DNA of 64,000 nt from Gammaproteobacteria bacterium (lineage in GTDB: Bacteria; Pseudomonadota; Gammaproteobacteria; CBDBNL01; JAAOII01). Within the stretch, counting starts at the first letter, position 1. Each line of letters begins with the position of its first letter. Made by a program: the position numbers and the translations under genes. The stretch lies in contig OZ242372.1 of NCBI GenBank assembly GCA_965209035.1, positions 1,696,001 through 1,760,000 on the forward strand, read 5' to 3'. Below the pieces are notes generated by a model that saw nothing but the letters and a program-made list of their open reading frames with translations, had not been told where the DNA came from and did no database searches. Below are positions 37,702 through 48,262 of the stretch, piece by piece.

Positions 37702-39381
37702 ATGAATAGAATACAAAAACATCCTTACGTACTCACTTGTGCGGCCTTGGCGGCGTTAATCGTCGGTTTGGTTTCGCTGCCGGATGCTCGCAGTGTAACC
37801 CGGCCGATTAATTCGGCGAGTTCCGCTGTCTTGCCTGCGGATGCGCCACCGACCTCGGAGACCTTTCGCGCCCGTGCGCCCACCGAATTATCTTATCGTC
37901 CGGCGGAGCGGGTCTCGGACGAAGATCTGTGGAAACTCATTTCCCGGGATCATTCTTTTGCCGCCCGGTATTATGAAACCCCCCGTGTTCTGGCGGAAGA
38001 AAAGAAACTGCTAGCCAATCCGGGATATCTGCATTCTATTAATACGCGTGCCGAATTATTTTTGTTTTACATTTATCATGAATTAAAAAAACGGGACATG
38101 CCTGCGGAGTTTGCTCTGCTGCCGGCATTGGAGAGCGGTTATGATCCCTATGCATATTCGCCTGTCGGCGCGGTCGGGCTGTGGCAGTTCACATCCGCGA
38201 CGGGACGATCTTTCGGTCTTAATAATACTTGGTGGTATTCGGAGCGCCGTGCCATAGATGTATCCACCAAAGCCTCTTTGAATTATTTGCGTTATCTGCA
38301 CGACAGGTATCGGAGTTGGCCTTTGGTCCTGGCCGCCTATAACGCCGGCGAAGGACGCGTCAATAACGCAATTAAACGCAATCGGTCTCTCGGTCAGCCC
38401 GCCGATTTTTGGAGCTTGGATTTACCCAAAGAAACCGCGGCATATGTCCCGCGTTTTATTGCCCTGGTTAAAATCTTTTCCGCTTCTTCTTCTTTTTCTT
38501 CTTCTTCTTCTTCTTTCCCCAAGCCCGTTCCCAATCGTCCTTTTTGGGTAAAAGTTCATAACAAAGAGCAGATTTTTTTGCCGGAATTACCGGAGTTGAC
38601 CGGTATGGATCCGGATATGTTCTTTATGCTTAATGCCGATCAGAACCAAATGATCAGTTCTCCTCATAAGGATTACCTTCTGGTGCCGGCATCCGCCAAA
38701 GAAAAGACCCGGGCCGCACTTGCCGAACTGCACGAACGGACGCGGGCCAAGTGGGTCGGCTATCAACTGACAGAGAGCATCAATCTGCAAGAAATGGGTA
38801 ACAAACTTGATATTTCAACGGCGGAAATTCATCGTTTTAATGATGTTACGGAATTGAAAAAAGAAGGCTATCTTCCGCCCCCCCGGACCGCGGAGCAATA
38901 TGCGCGTTTGGAAGATGACCGCGCAAGGGTTCACATCTTGCCGCCGCGTTATATTTCAAAAGCCAAACATGATGTGCATCCCGCAACCCATTACCGAGTC
39001 AATAAGAGGGACCGCGTTTGGAAAATTTCCCGTGTTCACGGTGTTCCCGGTATTCCCGGTATTCACGGTATCCCAGGTGGCAATATTAATAAGCGGAACA
39101 ATATTCGCAATCCTCGCCCGGTTTACCCGGATCAGAATATTTTAATTGCCGCACCGTCAAATATCTATGAACCGGCACTCAACCTTGCGGCAGATTACGA
39201 CCGGGAAGTAATGAGACTGGTTTACTATCGGGTGCGGCTGGACGACTCTCTTTACGACATCGCCCGTAAGTTTGGGGTGGGTCTGAACGAATTAAAGCAA
39301 TGGAATCCAAACGGAGTGGGGGAAGCCGATATTTACCCCGGGCAGCACATAAAACTGTATGTGGATGTCACTGATCTTTAA
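37702..39381 (+). CDS. mltD: Membrane-bound lytic murein transglycosylase D-like protein (SLT plus LysM)
   Basis: LPALESGY, GAVGLWQF, LAAYNAGEG and LPKET..YVP motifs; C-terminal LysM. Confidence 0.88.
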   Translation: MNRIQKHPYVLTCAALAALIVGLVSLPDARSVTRPINSASSAVLPADAPPTSETFRARAPTELSYRPAERVSDEDLWKLISRDHSFAARYYETPRVLAEEKKLLANPGYLHSINTRAELFLFYIYHELKKRDMPAEFALLPALESGYDPYAYSPVGAVGLWQFTSATGRSFGLNNTWWYSERRAIDVSTKASLNYLRYLHDRYRSWPLVLAAYNAGEGRVNNAIKRNRSLGQPADFWSLDLPKETAAYVPRFIALVKIFSASSSFSSSSSSFPKPVPNRPFWVKVHNKEQIFLPELPELTGMDPDMFFMLNADQNQMISSPHKDYLLVPASAKEKTRAALAELHERTRAKWVGYQLTESINLQEMGNKLDISTAEIHRFNDVTELKKEGYLPPPRTAEQYARLEDDRARVHILPPRYISKAKHDVHPATHYRVNKRDRVWKISRVHGVPGIPGIHGIPGGNINKRNNIRNPRPVYPDQNILIAAPSNIYEPALNLAADYDREVMRLVYYRVRLDDSLYDIARKFGVGLNELKQWNPNGVGEADIYPGQHIKLYVDVTDL

Positions 39382-39451
39382 TGCTTTAATGCAATTTAAT
39401 TAACTTTTTTATTTCCCCGATATTTTTTCAATACTTTTTCAATATTTTTCT

Positions 39452-41317
39452 ATGAAACAACTTTTTCTTTACACAACTCGCCGGGTGTTCGCGCCTTTAA
39501 TCATCCTTGTTTTAACTTTACCCGCTTCTGTGACCATCGGCCTTGCCGCCGAGCAGTCCGGACAGCACGGACTTTCCATCTACGGGGCACCGCGCTACCC
39601 GCAAGATTTTAAGCATTTTGATTATGTCAATCCGAATGCTCCCAAAGGCGGTGTGATGACCCAAGGAAGTTTTGGCACCTATGACAGTTTGAATCCTTTC
39701 ATCCTCCCGGGAAACTCTGCCGCCGGTCTGGGGCTGATCTATGACACTCTGATGGAAAAAGGGCAAAACGAGGCATTCGGCGAATACGGACTCCTGGCGA
39801 AAACGATCCGAGTGTCGCCGTCGGGTGCGCGCAACCCGATCGTCACTTTTAACTTGCAAGAAAATGCCAAGTTCAGTGACGGTAAGCCGGTAACCGCCGA
39901 AGATGTGGTTTTTACTTTTAACCTACTCATTAAGGATGGTTCGCCTCTTTATCGTTCTTACTATGCGGATGTGAAGTCGGTGCGTGCTGTCGGCAAAGAT
40001 CGAGTGGTGTTTTATCTTGCCAACGGCGAGAACAAGGAGTTGCCGCTCATACTCGGGCAGTTGATGGTCTTGCCAAAACACTACTGGAAGGGCAAGGATT
40101 TTACCAAAGTCAGTTTGGACATCCCGATTGGTTCGGGCCCCTACCGGCTTGCCGAACGCAATCCGGGAAGGAGCCTCACTTACAAACGCAACCCGGACTA
40201 TTGGGGGAAAGACCTGCCGGTTAACAAAGGAAGACATAATTTTGATGAGATGCGCTATGTTTACTACCGCGATCTGTCAATCGTTCACGAAGCCTTCAAG
40301 GCCGGCAAGATAGATGTCAAAGTGGAAAACCAAGCCAATCGTTGGAAAACCGGGTACAACTTTCCGGCGGTTAAGAACGGCAAGGTCATCGCAAAAGAAT
40401 TTCCGCATCAACGCAATCAGGGAATGCAAGCCTTTGTGTTTAACACCAGGCAACCGATGTTCGCCTCGCCGCGCGTGCGCGAGGCCCTCAATTATGCTTT
40501 TAATTTTGAATGGACAAACAAAAATCTGTTTCATAGCAGTTACACCAGATCCGACAGTTTCTTTTCCAACAGCGAGTTGGCGGCACGCGGCCTGCCGACC
40601 GGGGACGAGCTGAGTATCTTGAATGCCTATCGCGATCAGTTACCGTCCCGGTTGTTTACGCAGCCGCCGCCGGCTGTCCGCAGCAACGGCAAGGGTATTT
40701 CCCGTTCCAATCTGCGGACCGCCTTGAAAATTCTTGCCGAAGCCGGTTGGCAATTAAAGGATGGCAAACTGATAAAAGCAGGCAAACAGATGAAAATTGA
40801 AATCCTTTTGGTGCAGAAGGGTTTTGAACGCATTGTCAATCCCTTCGTTCAAAATCTTGAACGACTCGGCATAGATGCCAGAATGCGCCTTGTGGATACG
40901 AGTCAATACATCAAGCGACTGCAAGAATTTGACTTTGATATGGTGGTCTTTACATTCGCTCAATCCGAATCACCGGGAAACGAGCAGCGCGACTTTTGGA
41001 GCAGTGCGTCCGCAGTGCGCCCGGGTAGCAGAAACCTTGCCGGCATCAAGGATCCGGTAGCGGATGAATTGGTTGAAAAGTTAATTCTGGCACAGACAAG
41101 AAAAGACCTTGTCAGTTGGACACGCGCCCTGGACAGGGTTCTTTTATGGGGTTTTTATGTGATCCCACAATGGCACATATCCGCGGACAGAGTTGCTTAT
41201 TGGGACAAGTTTGGAACTCCCGCCAAGATTCCCCTGAGCGGTGTTCAGACAGATACCTGGTGGGTGAAAGAGGCGGATAAAGAAACCGGCAAGAAGAACA
41301 AGCCAAAAAACAAGTAA
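39452..41317 (+). CDS. yejA: ABC transporter peptide-binding protein, YejA-like
   Basis: HFDYVNPNAPKGG, PIGSGPY, DYWGKDLPVNKG and SPGNEQRDFW motifs. Confidence 0.9.
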   Translation: MKQLFLYTTRRVFAPLIILVLTLPASVTIGLAAEQSGQHGLSIYGAPRYPQDFKHFDYVNPNAPKGGVMTQGSFGTYDSLNPFILPGNSAAGLGLIYDTLMEKGQNEAFGEYGLLAKTIRVSPSGARNPIVTFNLQENAKFSDGKPVTAEDVVFTFNLLIKDGSPLYRSYYADVKSVRAVGKDRVVFYLANGENKELPLILGQLMVLPKHYWKGKDFTKVSLDIPIGSGPYRLAERNPGRSLTYKRNPDYWGKDLPVNKGRHNFDEMRYVYYRDLSIVHEAFKAGKIDVKVENQANRWKTGYNFPAVKNGKVIAKEFPHQRNQGMQAFVFNTRQPMFASPRVREALNYAFNFEWTNKNLFHSSYTRSDSFFSNSELAARGLPTGDELSILNAYRDQLPSRLFTQPPPAVRSNGKGISRSNLRTALKILAEAGWQLKDGKLIKAGKQMKIEILLVQKGFERIVNPFVQNLERLGIDARMRLVDTSQYIKRLQEFDFDMVVFTFAQSESPGNEQRDFWSSASAVRPGSRNLAGIKDPVADELVEKLILAQTRKDLVSWTRALDRVLLWGFYVIPQWHISADRVAYWDKFGTPAKIPLSGVQTDTWWVKEADKETGKKNKPKNK

Positions 41318-41385
41318 GAACAAATAAGAATAATGACAAAAAATAAAGATACCCGTATCAATCAATAATCACCGGGTAAACTAAG

Positions 41386-42483
41386 TTGGCTTCTTACATC
41401 ATCCGCCGTCTCCTGTTTGTCATTCCGACATTACTGGGGATCATGGCAGTTAATTTTATTCTGGTGCAATCCGCACCGGGCGGACCGATTGAGCAGATTG
41501 CCGCCAAGATGCAAAACCTGAACGCGAACTCGGTTGGCAGAGTTACGGGGGAAGCGACCGAGGTGATCGGGGCGACTTCCGACGGTGCCGCCGAACAGGG
41601 CGGTTATATTGGTGCCAGAGGAATGGATCCGGCTTTGATTGAAGAACTGAGAAAGCAGTTTGGTTTTGATAAGCCGCCGCTGCAAAGATTCTTGTTGATG
41701 GTAAAAAGTTACATTCTTTTTGATTTTGGCGAAAGTTTTTACAAAGGGCGCAGTGTTCTCAGTCTCATCGCCGAAGCAATGCCTGTTTCCGTTTCGTTGG
41801 GGCTTTGGTCCACTCTGATTATTTATTTTGTGTCCGTGTTCATGGGTATTATGAAGGCGGTTTACAACGGCTCGGCTTTTGATGTTTGGAGCAGTTTTCT
41901 GATTATCATCGGCTATGCGATACCGTCTTTTTTGTTCGCTATTCTGTTACTTGTTCTGCTTGCCGGTGGCAGTTTCTGGCAGGTATTTCCTTTGGGCGGT
42001 CTGGTTTCGGAAAACTTTGAATCTCTCGGTTTTTGGGGTAAGATAGGCGACTACTTTCACCATATCGCCTTGCCAACTTTAACTTTGGTCATCGGCGGTT
42101 TTGTTGCCCTGACGATGCTCACCAAAAATTCCTTTTTGGAAGAAATTCACAAGCAGTATGTTTATACCGCCAGAGCCAAAGGATTAACCCGCAGCCGCGT
42201 TCTGTTGGGTCATGTGTTTCGTAATGCGATGCTGCTTGTCATCGCTTCCGCCCCGGCTGTTCTGGTGGGAATTTTTTTCACCGGCTCTCTGTTGGTGGAA
42301 ATCATCTTCTCGCTCAACGGCTTGGGCTTGCTGGGATTTGAAGCGGTTGTTAATCGCGACTATCCGGTGATCTTCGCAACCTTGTATATTTTCACTCTGC
42401 TCGGTTTGATCCTTAAACTCGTCAGCGATTTCACCTACACGCTGATAGACCCGCGCATAGACTTTGAAAAGCGGGGGGCTTAA
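41386..42483 (+). CDS. yejB: ABC transporter permease YejB
   Basis: YIIRRLL...[25 protein letters not shown] and DPRIDFE motifs. Confidence 0.93.
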   Translation: MASYIIRRLLFVIPTLLGIMAVNFILVQSAPGGPIEQIAAKMQNLNANSVGRVTGEATEVIGATSDGAAEQGGYIGARGMDPALIEELRKQFGFDKPPLQRFLLMVKSYILFDFGESFYKGRSVLSLIAEAMPVSVSLGLWSTLIIYFVSVFMGIMKAVYNGSAFDVWSSFLIIIGYAIPSFLFAILLLVLLAGGSFWQVFPLGGLVSENFESLGFWGKIGDYFHHIALPTLTLVIGGFVALTMLTKNSFLEEIHKQYVYTARAKGLTRSRVLLGHVFRNAMLLVIASAPAVLVGIFFTGSLLVEIIFSLNGLGLLGFEAVVNRDYPVIFATLYIFTLLGLILKLVSDFTYTLIDPRIDFEKRGA

Positions 42484-42517
42484 TGCTTTGGGGACTTAAC
42501 CGCACCCCGCTTTGTTG
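42468..42517. terminator. Possible terminator hairpin between the convergent yejB and dcd genes
   Basis: AAAGCGGGG...CCCCGCTTT inverted repeat followed by T-rich sequence. Confidence 0.4.
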
Positions 42518-42559
42518 TTATCTCTTCCTTTAACTAATAACTAAGAAGCGTTTTTTGAT

Positions 42560-43126
42560 TTAAGGCTTGGGCGGCGTAACTTCCGTTTGCCCTTGATACT
42601 TGCCTTTGCGCCGTTTATAGGTGACCTCACATGGCTCGTCCGATTGAAAGAACAAAAGTTGCGCCACCCCTTCGCCCGCATAGATCTTGGCGGGCAGGTT
42701 TGTGGTATTTGAAAACTCCAGGGTGATGTTTCCTTCCCATTCCGGTTCCAGAGGAGTCACATTGACAACAATACCGCATCGGGCATAGGTAGATTTTCCC
42801 ACGCAGATGACAAGAACATCGGACGGAATACGCATATATTCCACCGTGCGTGCCAAAGCAAACGAGTTGGGCGGGATCACACAGTAATCGCCCGAGCGGT
42901 CAACAAAACTCTTCGGGTCAAACTTCTTTGGGTCCACCATAGACGCATTGATGTTGGTAAAAATTTTAAACTCTTTCGCACAGCGGACATCGTAGCCGTA
43001 ACTTGAAAGACCGTAAGAGATCACCGGTTGTCGGTTGTGGCGACGCACCTGCTTGTTTTCAAAAGGTTCTATCATCCGATGCGCGCGCACCTGTCGCTCA
43101 ATCCACTTGTCTGATTTAATTGTCAT
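42560..43126 (-). CDS. dcd: dCTP deaminase
   Basis: [11 protein letters not shown] and [21 protein letters not shown] motifs. Confidence 0.97.
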   Translation of the reverse strand: MTIKSDKWIERQVRAHRMIEPFENKQVRRHNRQPVISYGLSSYGYDVRCAKEFKIFTNINASMVDPKKFDPKSFVDRSGDYCVIPPNSFALARTVEYMRIPSDVLVICVGKSTYARCGIVVNVTPLEPEWEGNITLEFSNTTNLPAKIYAGEGVAQLLFFQSDEPCEVTYKRRKGKYQGQTEVTPPKP

Positions 43127-43184
43127 TTAATCGTTATTTAATCGTCATTTAATTGTTATGCTCGCGTTTTATTTTATGAGAGAA

Positions 43185-44198
43185 TTAATCGTCCAGCACG
43201 CGAATAGTCGGCGGTTTTCTCATCCCGAGACGGCTCAAAGCGGTGACGGCACTTTTTGCCAAAAGATGTGAGATTTCTTTGTTGCCGGCCGTCATATCCG
43301 TCAGGGGCAATTCGCCGATCAGCGGAACCTTTGTCTTGGCGGCAAGTCGGGCCGCACCGCCCTTGCCAAAAGGATATAACAGAGTGTTGCAAGATGCGCA
43401 TCGCATATGACTCATATTTTCAATCATCCCGATCAACGGCACATACAACTTGCGGAACATTGCAATTCCTTTGGCGGCACCCATCAGTGCCAGATCGTGC
43501 GGTGTGGTGACGATGATGGCACCGCTCAAAGAAATGCGTTGGCAGAGTGTCAGTTGAATGTCGCCGGTTCCGGGTGGCAGGTCTATGACGAGGTAATCCA
43601 ATTCTTTCCAGTCGGTCATCAGCAGCAGTTGCTGCAGCACCCGGGATGCCATACTGCCGCGCCAGATGGCGGGCGTCTGATCCTCGTCCATCAAATAAGC
43701 AAGAGACATAGTATCCAGACCATGCAGTCGCTGCGGCAGTAATTTTTTGTTTTGCGCTATTTTTGCTTTGTCGGGTTTGGCACCGAGCAGATACCCTTGA
43801 CTGGGTCCGTAGATGTCCGCATCCAGCAGGCCGGTTTTGGCGCCCATTTCTTTCAGTCCCAACGCCAAGGAAACGGACAGGGTGGACTTGCCAACACCGC
43901 CCTTGCCCGATGCCACCGCGATGATATTTTTTACCCCGCCCATGTCCGCCGTTTCCGGCAGCGGGTTGAGCCTGGGGATCCGCTGCTCCGTGATGACTTG
44001 CGGGTTGGCAATTCCGCCGGCTTGCAGATGCTCGCAAAGTTCGCGCCGGATTTGATCCTGCACGGCGGCAGCCGGATAGGGCAGCCGGATATGCACCCGT
44101 GTCGGGTCCGCGGAATCTGTTTGAAAGCAGCCCAAACTTGCGTAATCGGTTTGCAGGTAAGGATCCTTGTAGGTTGCGATTAATGATTCAATCGTCAT
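43185..44198 (-). CDS. apbC: Mrp/ApbC Fe-S cluster carrier ATPase
   Basis: VASGKGGVGKST, DADIYGPS, DLPPGTGDIQL and ENMS..C..C motifs. Confidence 0.93.
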   Translation of the reverse strand: MTIESLIATYKDPYLQTDYASLGCFQTDSADPTRVHIRLPYPAAAVQDQIRRELCEHLQAGGIANPQVITEQRIPRLNPLPETADMGGVKNIIAVASGKGGVGKSTLSVSLALGLKEMGAKTGLLDADIYGPSQGYLLGAKPDKAKIAQNKKLLPQRLHGLDTMSLAYLMDEDQTPAIWRGSMASRVLQQLLLMTDWKELDYLVIDLPPGTGDIQLTLCQRISLSGAIIVTTPHDLALMGAAKGIAMFRKLYVPLIGMIENMSHMRCASCNTLLYPFGKGGAARLAAKTKVPLIGELPLTDMTAGNKEISHLLAKSAVTALSRLGMRKPPTIRVLDD

Positions 44199-44252
44199 TT
44201 AATAATAGTCATTGCGAGTGGTTTTGTTATTCTATGAAAGTTATTCTACGCA

Positions 44253-44350
44253 GAAGTGATGCCGAAGAAGTGATGCCGGGGAGGTTATGCCGAAGAAATT
44301 ACACCAAAGAAGTTACGCCGAAGAAGTAGCACCAAAGAGGTTACGCCGAA
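44253..44350. repeat. Degenerate 14-bp tandem repeat, 7 copies (consensus GAAGTTACGCCGAA), overlapping the helicase stop codon
   Basis: Seven consecutive 14-mers seen directly. Confidence 0.85.
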
Positions 44351-47300
44351 TCCGGCAGCCGCCGAATCGTTTCGCTTTTGACATCATAGTCCCAGGCAAA
44401 CCAAGCGCAATTTTGCGGACAGTAGATGCCGATTTTTATCGGCAAAACCCGATTGTGTTCGGCTTGCCGGACAGGCCGGACATTTAGCGCCTTGGCATAG
44501 CCGACCAACTGCCCGCCGTATTCTCTTTCCGCCTCCTCCAAAGTGAGCGGTTTTTCCGGTGCAAATGTTTTGTAATCCACAATCCAACGCGTGCCGTTAT
44601 CAATAAAACTTCGGTCCAAACGAATGCCTCTGCCTCCCGGCAGTAAAATACCCCACTCGGTATGTACTTCCGCATCTTCGGTGGCGGGTGTCCCGGCTGC
44701 CGCCGGTATCCCCAGGATCCATTTCCCCGTTTTGTCCGCCAGGGTTTTTTCTATGCAGGCTCGGGCTTCCCCTGCCAGGTCTTCGGCGAGCCGCGGCGGC
44801 AGTCCCGCTTCCAGCAGGCGCGGCAGTCCCCGGGCAATTTCGTCCCGGATGAGATTCTTGCATTTTTCCCGATCGGTGATTAAATCCCGGTCGGCATTGC
44901 CAAGAACTTCCATCAGACCGTGAATTAAAAGGCCGCGCTCCCGTTCGAAAGGAGGCTGCCAATGCCGGATGGAAACCTTGCGGGGCTGTTCGTGTTCCTG
45001 CGACGCTTGTCCCACTTCTTGCAGTGGCTCTGCCGGCCCTTTTAGTGCTTTTAATTCCGGCCTCTTTTGTTGGTTGATCTGTGCTTCACGCAAACCCAAC
45101 GCGATGCGACGCAGTTTCCGCACAGAACCTGTTTCCTCTGCTTGAGGGCCTTGCCGGCCCTGCCGGACTTGTTCCGCCAGAGCCGCGTCCTTTCGCCCCG
45201 GGTGCCCCGCGATCTCCGTTTTTATTATTGTGCCGGCCGCTCTTATATAAGACCGGAAAGCTCCCCGATAGCTGCGCGCCTCTGCCGGATAATGCATATA
45301 CAACCCCTTGCGGGCGCGCGTGCATGCCACATAAAACAGTCGGCGTTGTTCTTGTTCTTCCCGTTCCTTGCGGATGCGCTCCAACATTCCGTGAGCGGGA
45401 CGGGATTCCGGCGAGTCCGTGGGGAAGCGCAATGCCAGAATTGCCAACTCGCCGGCCGGCTCGCTGTTTGGTTTTTTCTCTTTTTCGGACGGAGAAAAAC
45501 TGAGGACATGAATCGTATCATTGCCCCGGTTGCCGGCCAGACTGCTTTTGTCTGTGTTCGGCAAGAAAACATGATCAAACTCCAGCCCCTTTGCCTTGTG
45601 GACGGTCATGATCTGAATCTGTGCGCCGCTTTCCAACGGCAGACCTTCTTCCTTTAACTGTGCGGACATGGCGGCAAGATCGACGCGCCCCGCCACGGTG
45701 TTTGCTTCCAAAATTTGTAAAAAAACGGACAACTCCGCTTCCGCTTGTTCATCTTCCAAGAGCATTCTCCCGCCGAGATCGTGCCATGCCCGTTCCGTAC
45801 TTTCGCTCAGTTGCAGTCTGCCCGTATCGCGCAAGCCGGGGGCAAGTGCCCGCTCCAGAAGTCTAAGACGGCTGATGCCGTCATCGGACAGACCTTGGAT
45901 GGCGGTCGGCTTTGCGGCAACCCGGGTGAGCAGGGCGGGGATGTCCGCCTTGCTGCGGTGCTGTTCGGCCGCCAGTGCGTTTAGGTCCGCCAGAATCAGG
46001 CCGCACCAAGGACTGCGCAGCAAAGAATACCAAGCCGTGTCATCGCTTTGGCCGGACAAGCAACGCACCAGGCTCATCAGGTCTGTCACGAACATACTGT
46101 CCCCCACCCCGAATATTTCCGTCGCCTGAAAATCCAGTCCTTCCCGTTGTAAAAAGGGCAACAAGGGAATCAGTTGTGCCCGCTTGCTGCCGAGTATGGC
46201 GATGGTATCTGCCGGGTTGCTTGTTCGGATTGTTTTCAACTTCTCAATTAATCCGGCATATTTTTCCGTGGCGGTGGGTTTTCTCTCCTCGGATGACCCG
46301 ATCACATAGAACACGGGCAGGCAACTTTCGTCCTTATCGGGATCGGGCGAACCTGCCGGCAGACCGGGAGTGTAGCCGACCGTATCCGTCAGGCTATTTT
46401 TATCCGCGGCGGCCGCCGCCGGCGAAAGAACCTCGGCGAAATTGGAGTTGAACCACCCGACCAAGGAGGCACCGCTGCGATAATTACAACTGAGCCGGAT
46501 CTGTTTTAGTTTCACCTGTCCCAGCCTGCCGGTTTGCCACAGACGGTTGAAGATGCGAACATTGGCATTGCGGAAAGAATAGACGGACTGCATCGGATCG
46601 CCGACCAGGAACATTGTGTTGTTCACCGAAGGATCCCAACTTTGCGAGAGGTTTTTCAAAAGACGCAGTTGCGTGGAAGAAGTATCCTGAAACTCGTCAA
46701 CCAGAAGATGCCTTAACTGATAACCGAGCCTTTCCGCCAGCAGAGTGGGGGCATCTTCGCCGCCGGTCACGCGTTGGGCGGCAAGCAGAACTTCGGTATA
46801 GTCGCAGCAGCCCCTTGTCCGAAAGAGGACAATCAACTCGGCGACCGCTTCCTTAAACAAGAGCCGCGAGTGGTCCGCCAGACTGAGTTCGGCGGGGTCG
46901 TATCCGCCGGCCCAACCGCGGGACTGCCCAAGTTGGTGAATAAACTCGGACGCATCGGCATCCGCAAGTTCCATTAACATCTCTTTTGCCCGTTCTTTGG
47001 CAATCGGGTTTGAAATATCGCGAGCGGGCTTCTTGCGCAGAGACCCGCTTTTTGTCAGGAGGATTTCGGCAAGAGTCTGCCAATCGGACACATTTGGGGT
47101 GCCGGGTTTCGCACCTGCCCGCTCCGCCGTTTTGTTTGTCATGTTTTCAAATCGCCGTGCGACCTCTTGCGGCAAGAGAGTTGCCCATCTATCGGCAGCG
47201 AATACCTCTTGCGGTGTGCAACCCTCCAGTCGTTCCCGGAGCAGGTCTGTCAGGGCGGTCAGATCTTCGTTTGCATTGTAATTACTTACCGTCATCACCG

Positions 47301-47952
47301 GCAAGAGATCTCCTCGCTTATCCAACAGGCCGGCAAAGTTTTCCGTGAGAAGACCCACATCGTTATTGTGCCGATACAATAACTCCGCCATTGCGGGGCG
47401 GTGCCTGTTGTTTTTCCGCAGTCGGTCAAATGCCAGTTCCGCCGCCTCGCAATAGAGCCCGTAAATGCGATGGCCGGTTATCAGTTCCGGCACATCGTAA
47501 AACTGCGCCCTGTCCGCATCCAAGGTCATCAGAGTTCGACAAAAGCCGTCAATGGTGGTGACCGTCTCGGTGTCAATTAAATGGTGCGGATGCCACTCCG
47601 GCCCGGAGTTCTCGGCCTTGCGCCGAACCTTCTGTGCCAGTTCATAGGTACTCTTTTTGTAGTCCTCGCTCGGTGGCTCCTTGCGTAACAATTCCAGTCG
47701 CAGTCGGCGGCGCATCTCGGCGGCGGCCTTGCGCGTAAAGGTGATTGCCACAAGTTGTTTCGGATGTTCGCAACTTTGCCCCAACAGAGCCAGATAGCGT
47801 TGCACCAATAATTCGGTCTTACCCGAACCGGCCGGTGCTTTCACAATGACGCTTTGGCGAATGTCGATGGCATCGGTGCGCGCCAGGGCATCCTTGCGTA
47901 ACTCCTCGGCGTTGGTGTCCGCTTCGGGTACTTGTGATCTTTGAGGCAACAT
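44341..47952 (-). CDS. AddA/RecB-like UvrD helicase with a C-terminal PD-(D/E)XK nuclease domain
   Basis: APAGSGKT, AITFTRKAA, LVDEFQDTS, VGDPMQSVY.FR, MTVHKAKGLEF, YVACTRA and RLDR...WIVDYKT motifs. Confidence 0.9.
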   Translation of the reverse strand: MLPQRSQVPEADTNAEELRKDALARTDAIDIRQSVIVKAPAGSGKTELLVQRYLALLGQSCEHPKQLVAITFTRKAAAEMRRRLRLELLRKEPPSEDYKKSTYELAQKVRRKAENSGPEWHPHHLIDTETVTTIDGFCRTLMTLDADRAQFYDVPELITGHRIYGLYCEAAELAFDRLRKNNRHRPAMAELLYRHNNDVGLLTENFAGLLDKRGDLLPVMTVSNYNANEDLTALTDLLRERLEGCTPQEVFAADRWATLLPQEVARRFENMTNKTAERAGAKPGTPNVSDWQTLAEILLTKSGSLRKKPARDISNPIAKERAKEMLMELADADASEFIHQLGQSRGWAGGYDPAELSLADHSRLLFKEAVAELIVLFRTRGCCDYTEVLLAAQRVTGGEDAPTLLAERLGYQLRHLLVDEFQDTSSTQLRLLKNLSQSWDPSVNNTMFLVGDPMQSVYSFRNANVRIFNRLWQTGRLGQVKLKQIRLSCNYRSGASLVGWFNSNFAEVLSPAAAAADKNSLTDTVGYTPGLPAGSPDPDKDESCLPVFYVIGSSEERKPTATEKYAGLIEKLKTIRTSNPADTIAILGSKRAQLIPLLPFLQREGLDFQATEIFGVGDSMFVTDLMSLVRCLSGQSDDTAWYSLLRSPWCGLILADLNALAAEQHRSKADIPALLTRVAAKPTAIQGLSDDGISRLRLLERALAPGLRDTGRLQLSESTERAWHDLGGRMLLEDEQAEAELSVFLQILEANTVAGRVDLAAMSAQLKEEGLPLESGAQIQIMTVHKAKGLEFDHVFLPNTDKSSLAGNRGNDTIHVLSFSPSEKEKKPNSEPAGELAILALRFPTDSPESRPAHGMLERIRKEREEQEQRRLFYVACTRARKGLYMHYPAEARSYRGAFRSYIRAAGTIIKTEIAGHPGRKDAALAEQVRQGRQGPQAEETGSVRKLRRIALGLREAQINQQKRPELKALKGPAEPLQEVGQASQEHEQPRKVSIRHWQPPFERERGLLIHGLMEVLGNADRDLITDREKCKNLIRDEIARGLPRLLEAGLPPRLAEDLAGEARACIEKTLADKTGKWILGIPAAAGTPATEDAEVHTEWGILLPGGRGIRLDRSFIDNGTRWIVDYKTFAPEKPLTLEEAEREYGGQLVGYAKALNVRPVRQAEHNRVLPIKIGIYCPQNCAWFAWDYDVKSETIRRLPDSA

Positions 47953-48086
47953 TTAAAAAAAGTAAAAAAGTAAAAAAATTGGTATATTGACTCTATTTTA
48001 TCAAAAGGACGTTAAACAGTTGCGGGCAGGCTTTCCCTATTTTGCGGACACGGGTATGTGTATGTGGGATAAAGATCGCATAGTAT

Positions 48087-48166
48087 TGCATCATGCTCAC
48101 AAGTAACTCTCACCGATTCATTTCGGACAAAAGCACGCAGAGTCCGAAACCGAGTGGGATGATACA
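48087..48166. repeat. 80-bp palindromic MITE-like element
   Basis: Ends TGCATCATGCTCAC and GTGGGATGATACA are imperfect inverted repeats; internal stem TTTCGGAC...GTCCGAAA; a second copy lies at 34771. Confidence 0.65.
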
Positions 48167-48262
48167 AGATGACACACACACGATTGATTTAGATTATAAT
48201 TTCATAATGGCTATCAAACTAAAGGATTGAGTGCGGATAATAGTTCGGGTAATAAGGTATAA

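Noticed and set aside
48087-48166. Integron attC site
   Set aside because: It lacks RYYYAAC/GTTRRRY core ends and there is no integrase nearby.
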